Source of the DNA: Deltaproteobacteria bacterium
GTDB lineage: Bacteria; Desulfobacterota; RBG-13-43-22
Length of the DNA: 64,000 nucleotides
NCBI GenBank assembly: GCA_016219225.1
Contig: JACRBX010000047.1
Span: 3,846-67,845 of the forward strand
Direction of reading: 5' to 3'
The notes under the pieces are model-generated. The model made no database searches. It was not told the DNA's origin and saw only the letters and a program-made list of their open reading frames with translations. The first letter of the stretch is position 1. Each line of letters starts with the position of its first letter. This document shows, piece by piece, positions 49,289-57,891 of the stretch. A program made the translations under genes and the position numbers.

Positions 49289-50943
49289 TTCCCCTGGAAG
49301 AATTTAAAAAGATTCCCAGGGTGCTCATCCTGGGGAAGGGACTGACGGCCCAGGAAACGGCCGCACAACTGATTTCCTTAGGCTATGAGGTACTGTCGGT
49401 CGATCCCGATGACCAAAGGCCATTGCTGCGGATCGAAGGTTTTGCCGGGGACTTCCAGGTGCAATTTAAATCCGGACAAAAGCAATGGACTGAGGCTGTA
49501 GGCGCCATTGTTTTTGCTCCTGAGTTGGTTGCTGAACCCAAACCAGATGTCTATTCCTTGACCGCTTCCGATCAAATCATAGGTATTGATGGCCTGGTTG
49601 AACTTCTTTCCCCCTCACCTTCACCCCATGGAATGGAAGAATTGGTTCCAGCGGGCCAGTCTCCTTCGGCCTATCCGGCCTTCAGTTCTTCTTCTTATAT
49701 TGCCTTCCTGGTTGGGTTACAGGACGAAGGAAACGTGGCCGAAATGGCCAGGATCTTTTGGCTGGCCTTAAAGATTCGAAAGGAATATCAATCACAAGTT
49801 TATATCTTTTGCCGTCATATCAAGGTGGCCGAAGAGGGGATGGAGAGGCTCTACCAGACTTGCCGGGACGAAGGGGTGATTTTTTTCAAGTTTGATGGGG
49901 CAGGGCCGGAAATGGTCAGGATTGGAGAATCGATCGGCTTGGAATTTGAAGATGCCGTGTTAGGACAGCCTTTTGAATTAAAGCCCGATCTTCTGGTTAT
50001 TGAACCCCTCCAGGTGCTGCCCCGGGAAATCCGGGAATTGGCTGTTTCCGCTCAAATCGGGATGGATGGAATGGGTTTCCTTCAGCCGGCCAATGTTCAC
50101 CTGCTGCCCCAGGCCTCAAAGCGGGAGGGGATATTTATCGCCGGTCCGGGAAAAGGCCCCATGGTCCCTCAAGCCTGTTTGGAAGAAGCCCGGGCCGCGG
50201 CGTTGTCGATCCATCATTTTTTTGAAGGCCGGATTTCAGACCAGATGGACCGGGAGGTTACGGTTGATAAGGGGCTTTGCACCATCTGTCTAACCTGTCT
50301 CCGCTACTGTCCCCATCAGGCCATAGGCTTTACCCACCGGGTTTTTATCCACCCTCTGGCCTGCCGGCGTTGCGGCATCTGTGCCAGTGAATGCCCCATG
50401 GATGCTATACAAATCGCCGGTTTTTCCGATCAGGAGGTGGAGCTGAAATTAGCGGCCCTCCAGGAAAGATGGGAGCAAATGGAAACCGGTCTGGTCAGGA
50501 TGGTTATTTTCGGTTGTCAGCGGTCGGCCGGGAGGGCCTGGGAGGAAGCTCAAAGCTCAAAGCTCAAAGTTCAAAGCGACAACGAAGAGGTGCAAGGTAC
50601 AAGGTATAAGATACAAGGTGAAATCGAATTTATTGCACTGCCCTGTGCCGGAAAGCTGGACCCCGATTATATACTGAAAGCCTTGAGTATGGGGGCCGAT
50701 GGGGTGCTGGTTCTGGCCTGTCCGGAAGAAAATTGTAAATCCTTACACGGGAATACTTACGCCCGGGAGCGTATCCAGGAGGCCCGGCATTATGTGGAAG
50801 AGGCGGGCCTCAATCCGGAAAAGATCCGTTTTAACAATTTATCGAGCAACATGGTTTGGTATTTAAAGGAAATTATCGGGGAATTTATGGATGAACTAAG
50901 CGAATCCAAAATTCCGCAATCCGCAATCCGCAATCCGAAATAG
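49285..50943 (+). CDS. fusion protein: degenerate HdrA-like domain + 2x[4Fe-4S] ferredoxin + MvhD-like domain, with an internal repeat-encoded insertion and repeat-encoded C-terminal tail
   Basis: CTICLTCLRYCP / CRRCGICASECP motifs; MvhD motifs VIFGCQRSAG ... IALPCAGKLD ... GADGVLVLACPEENC; 7-mer arrays at 50546-50616 and 50896-50943 lie in frame. Confidence 0.65.
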   Translation: MIPLEEFKKIPRVLILGKGLTAQETAAQLISLGYEVLSVDPDDQRPLLRIEGFAGDFQVQFKSGQKQWTEAVGAIVFAPELVAEPKPDVYSLTASDQIIGIDGLVELLSPSPSPHGMEELVPAGQSPSAYPAFSSSSYIAFLVGLQDEGNVAEMARIFWLALKIRKEYQSQVYIFCRHIKVAEEGMERLYQTCRDEGVIFFKFDGAGPEMVRIGESIGLEFEDAVLGQPFELKPDLLVIEPLQVLPREIRELAVSAQIGMDGMGFLQPANVHLLPQASKREGIFIAGPGKGPMVPQACLEEARAAALSIHHFFEGRISDQMDREVTVDKGLCTICLTCLRYCPHQAIGFTHRVFIHPLACRRCGICASECPMDAIQIAGFSDQEVELKLAALQERWEQMETGLVRMVIFGCQRSAGRAWEEAQSSKLKVQSDNEEVQGTRYKIQGEIEFIALPCAGKLDPDYILKALSMGADGVLVLACPEENCKSLHGNTYARERIQEARHYVEEAGLNPEKIRFNNLSSNMVWYLKEIIGEFMDELSESKIPQSAIRNPK

Positions 50944-50947
50944 AACG

Positions 50948-51415
50948 ATGGATCGTATTGACCTGAAAAAATTAGACCCCGATTTTAAGCACCGGTTAGC
51001 CCGGGAATTGGGGGGGGAACACATCAAAAAATGTTTTTCCTGCGGGGTCTGCTCGGCCCGCTGCCCCGTAGAAAAAATCGAGCCGGAGTATAACCCGAGA
51101 AAGATCATCCGTATGATCTTGTTAGGCATGGAAGAGGCCTTGCTCAAAGAAGAATTCCTCTGGCACTGTTCGACCTGTTATACCTGTCAGGAATCCTGCC
51201 CCCAGAAGGTTAATTTTACGGAAGTCATCTTCGCCTTGCGCAACCTGGCCGTCCGCAAAGGCCTGGCCCCGCCCGGTATGGGAGCGGCCCGGAATTTACT
51301 CAGTCAGCAGGGTCGGATGTATGAGGTGGGGGATTTTGAAAATGAGAAACGTCAGGAACTGGGGCTGCCGAAGATAATGGGAAACCCGGAGGAATATAAG
51401 AAGCTCTTAGGATAA
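50948..51415 (+). CDS. hdrC: heterodisulfide reductase subunit C-like (2x[4Fe-4S])
   Basis: CFSCGVCSARCPV and CSTCYTCQESCPQKV motifs. Confidence 0.8.
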   Translation: MDRIDLKKLDPDFKHRLARELGGEHIKKCFSCGVCSARCPVEKIEPEYNPRKIIRMILLGMEEALLKEEFLWHCSTCYTCQESCPQKVNFTEVIFALRNLAVRKGLAPPGMGAARNLLSQQGRMYEVGDFENEKRQELGLPKIMGNPEEYKKLLG

Positions 51416-51510
51416 TAATCGAAGTGGTAACGGTTTATTAAAATATCACAGCCGGGGGCGGCTGTGCTACATAAGACTGTGCCCCAAAAGATGGTTGAAT
51501 AAAAACAGGG

Positions 51511-52407
51511 ATGTTTAAATCTGATATGAAATATGCATTCTTTTTAGGCTGTACGGTCCCGGTCCGGAATCTGAATTACGAGCTATCCGCCCGCCTGGTG
51601 GCCCGGAAATTGGGGATGGAGTTGGTCGATCTGGAAGCGTTCCAGTGTTGCGGCTTTCCTCTGAAATCGATCAATTTTTTTGAATCGTTGGTGATTGCTG
51701 CCGCCAATCTGGCCCTGGCCGAGCAGGCCGCTTTGCCGGTCTGCACCTTATGCAGTGCCTGCGGGGGCTCCTTAAGCGAAGCCGATCACCTGCTCAGACA
51801 CAACAGCCCGTTAAAAGAACAGGTTAATGACCGCCTGAAGGTATTGGGTCTGGAATACCAAGGGACCGGGGAAGTCAAACATTTCATCCGCATCCTCTAT
51901 GAGGATCTGGGGCTTGAAAAGATAAAAGAGAAGATCGTACGGCCTTTGACCGGTTTTAGCTTTGCCCCCCATTACGGGTGTCATTATTTCAAACCGGCCG
52001 AGACCGCCGGCGGGATTGACCCGGTGGAAACCCCCCAATCCTTAAGCCGGTTGATCGAGGCAACCGGGGCCGAGGCCCTGGCCTACGAAACCTTGCTTAA
52101 CTGCTGTGGCGGGAGTATTTTAGGGGCCAAGGAAGATCTGGCCAATACCCTGGCCGGGCAGAAGCTGGCGGAGGTGAACCGTTTAGGGGCCACTGGTTTG
52201 GTCTTGATCTGCCCCTTTTGTAATGTCATGTTTGAAGGCCAGCAGAAAAAAATAGAGAAGAAACTGGAACAAAAATTGAAAGTGCCGGTCCTTTACTATC
52301 CCCAGCTTTTAGGGTTGGCCCTGGGGGCCGGGCCGGATGAACTCGGATTTAAGTTGAATCGAATCAAAGACAAGGAATTCTTAAAATATTTTGACAAGGA
52401 GGTCTGA
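51511..52407 (+). CDS. hdrB: heterodisulfide reductase subunit B-like (CCG domains)
   Basis: KYAFFLGCTVP N-terminus; CCG motifs (FQCCGFP, LNCCGGS); true start may be the internal ATG at 51526. Confidence 0.8.
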   Translation: MFKSDMKYAFFLGCTVPVRNLNYELSARLVARKLGMELVDLEAFQCCGFPLKSINFFESLVIAAANLALAEQAALPVCTLCSACGGSLSEADHLLRHNSPLKEQVNDRLKVLGLEYQGTGEVKHFIRILYEDLGLEKIKEKIVRPLTGFSFAPHYGCHYFKPAETAGGIDPVETPQSLSRLIEATGAEALAYETLLNCCGGSILGAKEDLANTLAGQKLAEVNRLGATGLVLICPFCNVMFEGQQKKIEKKLEQKLKVPVLYYPQLLGLALGAGPDELGFKLNRIKDKEFLKYFDKEV

Positions 52408-52408
52408 C

Positions 52409-52840
52409 ATGGAGATCGAAGGCTATTTTTTTCCGGATGATTTATGGTATGATAAAAACCACTTCTGGGCCCGCATCGATGGAGACCAGGTCGTGATGGG
52501 GACAACGGATTTTGCGCAGAAACTGGCCGGTGATATCGGGTATGTGGAAATCCCCGAAGAGGGCCAGAAGGTTCAGCAGGGGAAACCCTTTGGTTCCATC
52601 GAATCCGGGAAATGGGTGGGGCGGATCTACGCTGTTTTTTCCGGAAAGGTGACGGTGGTCAATGAAGCCCTGGAAGATGAGCCGGAATTGATCAATTCAT
52701 CCCCCTATGATCAGGGCTGGATCTGTCAAATCGCTCCGGAAAATCTGGAGGCGGAAAAAGGGAATCTGATGCCGGCTTCGGAATTGAAACCCTTTATTGA
52801 AGCCGAGATGGCCAGGGTTAAGGATTTGATGAACAAATAA
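52409..52840 (+). CDS. glycine cleavage H-protein-like lipoyl-carrier protein
   Basis: GcvH pattern ...FGSIESGKWVGRIYAVFSGKVTVVNEAL with candidate lipoyl-Lys in ESGK; GGAGG Shine-Dalgarno 8 nt upstream; starts 1 nt after the hdrB stop. Confidence 0.65.
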   Translation: MEIEGYFFPDDLWYDKNHFWARIDGDQVVMGTTDFAQKLAGDIGYVEIPEEGQKVQQGKPFGSIESGKWVGRIYAVFSGKVTVVNEALEDEPELINSSPYDQGWICQIAPENLEAEKGNLMPASELKPFIEAEMARVKDLMNK

Positions 52841-52843
52841 AAT

Positions 52844-52926
52844 CAGGCGCAAGGCGCAGGGCACAAGGCGTAAGGTAAAAAAAGAAGAAGATTTTCCTTG
52901 AACCTTGCGCCTTGTGCCTTGCGCCC
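52844..52926. repeat. Inverted pair of AAGGCGN 7-mer arrays (hairpin-forming)
   Basis: caggcgcaaggcgcagggcacaaggcgtaaggtaaaaa ... ttttccttgaaccttgcgccttgtgccttgcgcc. Confidence 0.7.
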
Positions 52927-52945
52927 GCGATAAAGGAGTGCTGTC

Positions 52946-55528
52946 ATGGGATACATTGAAGAGTTAAAGGCCATCGTTGGTGAGGATAATGTCCATACCG
53001 GGAAAATTGATTGTTTCAGTGTCTCCAGGGATCTGTCGGTTCACGAGGGGTTTCCGGAAGCCATCGTTTTCGCCCGTACGACCGAAGAGGTGGTCGGTGT
53101 AGTGCGAATAGCCGGGGCACACAAAATTCCGGTGACGCCCCGGGGGGCCGGGACCAGTGTGACCGGCGCGTCCCTGGCCTCTAAGGGCGGTATCCTGCTG
53201 GACCTTTCCCGGATGAACAAGATCAAAGAGCTCAATAAAAATGACCGGTATGTGATTGTCGAACCGGGGATCGTCTGCAACGCCCTGAATGCCCAATTGG
53301 AACCCACCCACTTTTTCCCTCCCGATCCGGGCAGCGCACCAATCTGCACGGTCGGAGGGATGATCGCCTGTAACGCCAGCGGGGTGCGGGCCGTCAAGTA
53401 CGGGACCACCCGGGACTACGTCATGGGGTTGGAGGTGGTGCTGGCTGACGGCCGGGTTATTCATACCGGCTCCCTGGCGCCGAAGACCGCCGCCGGTTAT
53501 GACCTGACCCATCTGTTCGCCTCTTCCGAGGGGACCCTGGGCATCATCACCGCGGCCACTTTGAAAATCCTGGCCAAGCCGCCTTATATCGCCTTTGCCA
53601 AGGCCACCTTCCCCTCTGTGAAGGCGGCCGGTGATGCCGTGGAAAAGATGCTGACCTCGGGGATCCGCCCGTCTTCCTGCGAAATCCTGGACGACATGTC
53701 GATCGAGGTGGTCAAACAGGCCATGAATCTCGAGTTTGCTCCTGAAGTTAAATGTATTCTGTTCATTGAAATCGACGGCCACAAATTAGAGGTTCAGGAT
53801 TACATTACCCGGATCGACGTCATCTGCCAGGAGGCGGGAGGGCTGGGAAATGAATGGTCCGATGATCCGGCCAAGCGGCTGGTTATGTGGTCCGCCCGAC
53901 AGGGTTTGACGCCCTCCCTGTCGCGGATCAAGCCCGGCTACAGGCTCATGCCTATCGTGGAGGATTTCGGCGTGCCCATCAGCCAGATCCCGGCCACGAT
54001 CGCCGCCATCCAGGAGGTGGGCCGGAAAAATAATATCCCTGTGGCCACCTTCGGTCATATCGGCGACGGTAATCTGCATGCCGTTATCATTATCGATGTG
54101 CGGAAGCAAGAGGAGTGGGAGACCATGCGAAAGGTCGCCCAGGGTTTTGTGGACCTTACCCTGAAATTCAATGGCACTCTGACCGCTGAGCACGGTCTGG
54201 GAATGGCCAAATCGCCTTATATTAAGACCGAGCTGGGCAACAGCCTGGAGGTCATGGAAGGGATCAAGCAGACCCTGGATCCGGGAAATATCCTCAATCC
54301 GGGTAAAATGGGTTTTCAGGACAGTATCCTGGATATCTTCGACCAGTTCGCCTTCGCCCACCTGGTGGAGCACCCGGAAGACCGGCAGAGCTTCGGTGAA
54401 AAAATCGATAATGAGATCCTGGCCTGTATCCAGTGCGGATTCTGCCGGGGCGGCTGTCCAACTTACGGCCAGACCGGCCTCGAATCCATGAATGCCCGGG
54501 GCCGGGTACTGATGGCCTTTAGTCTGATGAGCGGCCGACTGCAACCCTCGGAAGAAATGGCCACCCGTCTTTTTCAATGCACGAACTGCTTGAACTGCAA
54601 GTTCACCTGTCCTTCCAGAGTGGAAGTGGCCGATATCGTCCAGGCGGCCCGTAAACGGTTGGTGGACAGCGGACTTCTTCCGCCGGTATTTCAGAGCAGC
54701 GGGAAGAGCATCGCCCAGTACGGCAACCCCTTCGGGGAGCCCAGGGAGAAAAGGACCGATGTCTTCCCGGCTGGCTTTATACCGGCCCAAAAAGGCGCCG
54801 AGGTCCTGCTCTTCGGCAGCTGTGTGGGGTCTTACCAGGATATCAACCTGATCCCCAATTTGATGACCATCCTGGATAAGGCCGGCATCTCCTATTCGGC
54901 CCTGGGACAGGAAGAAGACTGTTGCGGTTATTTGAGCTACCTGGTGGGGGCCGAGGAAGATTTCAGGAAATGTGTTCAGGCCAATACTCAAAAGTTTGCC
55001 GACCTGGGGGTCAAGGAGATCGTCACCAGTTGTCCTGGCTGTTTCCGGACCCTGTCCAAGCTTTATCCGGCTTACGGCGGGGCAGGGGATATCAAGGTCC
55101 ACCATGTGGTCACTTATCTGAAAGAACTGATGGGCCAGGGGAAGATCCCTTTGAAGGAGAGCAGCCCCATGGTCGTGGCTTATCATGATCCCTGCGATCT
55201 TGGGCGTCACATGCAGGTCTTTGAAGAGCCCCGGGATATCTTAAAACAAATCCCCGGCGTACAACTCAATGAATTTAAGATGAATCGCCTCTTAGCCAAG
55301 TGCTGCGGCAGCGGGGGTGGGGTTAAGGGTTTTGACAACCCCCTTAGTCAGGAGATTGCCTACCAGCGGGTCCTCCAGGCATTGGAAGTCGGTGCTGAGG
55401 TGATCGTTTCCGCCTGCCCCTCCTGCAAGAGCAATTTGACCCAGGGGGCGGCCCGTCTGCGGAAAGAGAAGAAGGGAAAAATCAAAGTTAAGGACATCAC
55501 CGAGGTCATTGCCAATGCCTTGGCCTAA
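52946..55528 (+). CDS. FAD-linked oxidase (GlcD-like) fused to a 4Fe-4S/CCG (GlpC/HdrD-like) domain; D-lactate/2-hydroxyacid dehydrogenase-like
   Basis: FAD-binding PCMH region (RGAGTSVTG); C-terminal CxxCxxC ferredoxin motifs and two CCG motifs (CCGYLS, KCCGSGG). Confidence 0.75.
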   Translation: MGYIEELKAIVGEDNVHTGKIDCFSVSRDLSVHEGFPEAIVFARTTEEVVGVVRIAGAHKIPVTPRGAGTSVTGASLASKGGILLDLSRMNKIKELNKNDRYVIVEPGIVCNALNAQLEPTHFFPPDPGSAPICTVGGMIACNASGVRAVKYGTTRDYVMGLEVVLADGRVIHTGSLAPKTAAGYDLTHLFASSEGTLGIITAATLKILAKPPYIAFAKATFPSVKAAGDAVEKMLTSGIRPSSCEILDDMSIEVVKQAMNLEFAPEVKCILFIEIDGHKLEVQDYITRIDVICQEAGGLGNEWSDDPAKRLVMWSARQGLTPSLSRIKPGYRLMPIVEDFGVPISQIPATIAAIQEVGRKNNIPVATFGHIGDGNLHAVIIIDVRKQEEWETMRKVAQGFVDLTLKFNGTLTAEHGLGMAKSPYIKTELGNSLEVMEGIKQTLDPGNILNPGKMGFQDSILDIFDQFAFAHLVEHPEDRQSFGEKIDNEILACIQCGFCRGGCPTYGQTGLESMNARGRVLMAFSLMSGRLQPSEEMATRLFQCTNCLNCKFTCPSRVEVADIVQAARKRLVDSGLLPPVFQSSGKSIAQYGNPFGEPREKRTDVFPAGFIPAQKGAEVLLFGSCVGSYQDINLIPNLMTILDKAGISYSALGQEEDCCGYLSYLVGAEEDFRKCVQANTQKFADLGVKEIVTSCPGCFRTLSKLYPAYGGAGDIKVHHVVTYLKELMGQGKIPLKESSPMVVAYHDPCDLGRHMQVFEEPRDILKQIPGVQLNEFKMNRLLAKCCGSGGGVKGFDNPLSQEIAYQRVLQALEVGAEVIVSACPSCKSNLTQGAARLRKEKKGKIKVKDITEVIANALA

Positions 55529-55603
55529 AAGCAATTCACTTCTGACAGGATTTACCGGATTAATAAAATCCTGTTAATCCTGTCTAACCCAAAAGGATCA
55601 ACT

Positions 55604-56821
55604 ATGAAAGAATTTCAATCATCCAAACTACTCAAAAAAATCATGGCCGATCATTTTCTGGATATGGATCGGGCCGCCAAAGAGGGAAATCCGAAGATCG
55701 CCTGGTGCACCAGTGTCGGTCCGGCCGAGCTCTTGCGGGGCATGGGTTTTTTGGTTTACTTTCCGGAAAACCACGGGGCCATGCTGGGGGCCACCCGGAT
55801 GGCCACGGATTTTATCCCGTCGACCAATGCCCTCGGCTATTCCCCGGATATTTGTTCGTATCTGACCTGCGATATTGGGTCTTATCTCAAGAAGACGACC
55901 CCCCTACAAAAGGCTTATGGGATACAATCCGTTCCCAAGCCCGATGTGCTGGTTTACAATACCAACCAATGCCGGGACGTGAAGGACTGGTTTTCCTGGT
56001 ATGCCCGGGAACTGAAGGTCCCTTTGATCGGGGTCCATTCTTTTCGAAACATCGGGACCATCACCCAATACGAAATTCAGGATATTGCCGAGCAGATTAA
56101 AGGCTTGATCCCGACCCTGGAAGCAGTCAGCGGCCGGAAATTCGATATGGACCGGTTTAAAGAAACGGTACGGTTATCCAGGGATTGTTCCCGACTCTGG
56201 CGGGCCACCCTGGAAACCGCTGCGGCCGTCCCATCGCCCTGGACCTTTTTTGATGCCACCATCCACATGGCACCGGCGGTTGTGGCCAGAGGCACCCAGG
56301 AGGCGGTGGATTATTATCAGACCTTAATACCCGAATTAAAACAAAGGATCGCAGATGGTGTCGCGGCCGTAGATGGAGAGAGACACCGCCTCTACTGGGA
56401 AGGTATGCCGATCTGGGGAAAACTTCGTCCTTTATCCGAACTGCTGGCCTCGTTGAAAACCTGCGTGGTGGCCTCGACCTATTGCAATAGCTGGATCTTC
56501 GATCAGCTCGACCCCGATGAGCCCTTTGAAAGCATGGGCCGGGCTTATACCGAGCTGTTTATTGTCAGGGACGAGGCTTATAAGGAACGGTATATTGAAA
56601 GCTGTCATCAACTTTTTAAATTCGATGGGATCCTCTTTCACGATGCCAAGACCTGTCCCAACAACTCCAATAATCGGTACGGCATGCCCGAGAGGCTGGC
56701 CAAAAAATTAGGCCTGTCCACCCTGACGATTAACGGAGATTTATGCGATTTGCGTTGTTATTCCGAAGAACAGGCCAAAACCCAGATTGAGGCCTTTATT
56801 GAACAGTTGGAAGAAAGATAA
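55604..56821 (+). CDS. 2-hydroxyacyl-CoA dehydratase family protein (HgdB/BcrB-like), single subunit
   Basis: ~400 aa, conserved Cys positions and family-like motifs; adjacent to an activase-type ATPase. Confidence 0.6.
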   Translation: MKEFQSSKLLKKIMADHFLDMDRAAKEGNPKIAWCTSVGPAELLRGMGFLVYFPENHGAMLGATRMATDFIPSTNALGYSPDICSYLTCDIGSYLKKTTPLQKAYGIQSVPKPDVLVYNTNQCRDVKDWFSWYARELKVPLIGVHSFRNIGTITQYEIQDIAEQIKGLIPTLEAVSGRKFDMDRFKETVRLSRDCSRLWRATLETAAAVPSPWTFFDATIHMAPAVVARGTQEAVDYYQTLIPELKQRIADGVAAVDGERHRLYWEGMPIWGKLRPLSELLASLKTCVVASTYCNSWIFDQLDPDEPFESMGRAYTELFIVRDEAYKERYIESCHQLFKFDGILFHDAKTCPNNSNNRYGMPERLAKKLGLSTLTINGDLCDLRCYSEEQAKTQIEAFIEQLEER

Positions 56822-56825
56822 AAGA

Positions 56826-56908
56826 AAGGTACAAGGCGTAAGGCTCAAGGTAAAAACGGGGAAATTAAAAGGTCTAACCCTTGTGCCTTGTGCCCTGCGC
56901 CTTGCGCC
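56826..56908. repeat. Inverted pair of AAGGNNN 7-mer arrays
   Basis: aaggtacaaggcgtaaggctcaaggtaaaaac ... cccttgtgccttgtgccctgcgccttgcgcc. Confidence 0.7.
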
Positions 56909-56922
56909 AAAAGAGTTTTTAT

Positions 56923-57702
56923 ATGATTTACGCCGGTGTCGATGTAGGCTCGTCTACCACTAAGGTGGTTCTCATGGGCCAGGAGAAAAACCTATTGGGC
57001 TGGTCGGTTCAACGGTCGGGAACCGATTTTGCCGCTGTTGCCGAAGCCTGCCTGAAACAGGCCCTGCGCCAGGCCGGGCTGGCCGTAAACCCAAAAGAGA
57101 TAAAAACCATATCCACCGGATATGGGCGGAAAAATGTCGGTTACACCGACGGAGACAAGACCGAAATCAGTTGTCATGCCCGGGGGTGTTATTATTATTT
57201 TCCGGAAGCCATAACCATAATCGATATCGGGGGCCAGGATAATAAGGTCATTCAATTAGATGAAAAAGGCCGGCGGATCAATTTCAAAATGAATCGAAAA
57301 TGTGCAGCCGGGACCGGTGCTTTTTTGGAAGAGATGGCCTTGCGGCTGAATATCCCTTTGGAAGATTTGAATGATCTGGCCCGGCAATCCCGGGAGGCGG
57401 TTGAGCTGGGGAGTTTTTGCACGGTTTTTACGGCTACCGAGGTTTTGGAAAAGATCCGCCATGGGAAAAAAGTGGCCGATATCGTCAAAGGTTTGTTTTT
57501 GTCGGTCATCAAACGGGTTTTGGAAATGGATCTTTTAAGTGAACACGTTGTGATAACCGGAGGGGTGGTGGCCTATAATCCTTATTTGAAGGTTATATTG
57601 GAAGAGCACCTTCATCGGCCGGTCTGGGTTCCCAGGTATCCACAGCTTACCGGGGCCATCGGGGCCGCTTTGTTTGCCCGGGAAACGTTTACAAACAAGT
57701 AG
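56923..57702 (+). CDS. acyl-CoA dehydratase activase-type ATPase (BadF/BadG/BcrA/BcrD / HgdC family)
   Basis: MIYAGVDVGSSTTKVV (ASKHA N-terminus); two Cys for the bridging [4Fe-4S] (KCAAGTG); start at ATG 56923 rather than the upstream TTG. Confidence 0.75.
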   Translation: MIYAGVDVGSSTTKVVLMGQEKNLLGWSVQRSGTDFAAVAEACLKQALRQAGLAVNPKEIKTISTGYGRKNVGYTDGDKTEISCHARGCYYYFPEAITIIDIGGQDNKVIQLDEKGRRINFKMNRKCAAGTGAFLEEMALRLNIPLEDLNDLARQSREAVELGSFCTVFTATEVLEKIRHGKKVADIVKGLFLSVIKRVLEMDLLSEHVVITGGVVAYNPYLKVILEEHLHRPVWVPRYPQLTGAIGAALFARETFTNK

Positions 57703-57891
57703 TGAACGCGGATAATTAAATAGTATAAAAATTTGTCTTTGGACGCAGATGAACTCGGATCGGCAAAAGGCCGATCGTGCAGATTGCCAAGATTTTGAAT
57801 ATAAAGAACGAATAGAATATTTATTATCTGCGGCTATCGGCGAAAATCGGCGTCCTAATTTATTTTCCCGAAACGAAAAGGAGGAGAGATC

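Noticed and set aside
53786-55210. Long antisense ORFs (53786-55210 -, 52964-53782 -, 57535-58545 -, 11258-11728 - and similar) overlapping confidently assigned genes
   Set aside because: They lie opposite genes with strong family motifs, have Gly/Arg/Pro-rich low-complexity translations typical of GC-rich antisense frames, and lack start context. Treated as spurious.
45968-56908. CRISPR array interpretation of the short tandem repeats
   Set aside because: The period is 7 nt with no spacers, arrays are at most ~40 nt, and no cas genes are present. This is not CRISPR architecture.
56881-56922. Upstream TTG start for the activase gene (ORF track start 56881)
   Set aside because: The N-terminal 14 residues would be encoded by the inverted 7-mer repeat arm. 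The ATG at 56923 gives the canonical MIYAGVDVGSS ASKHA N-terminus.
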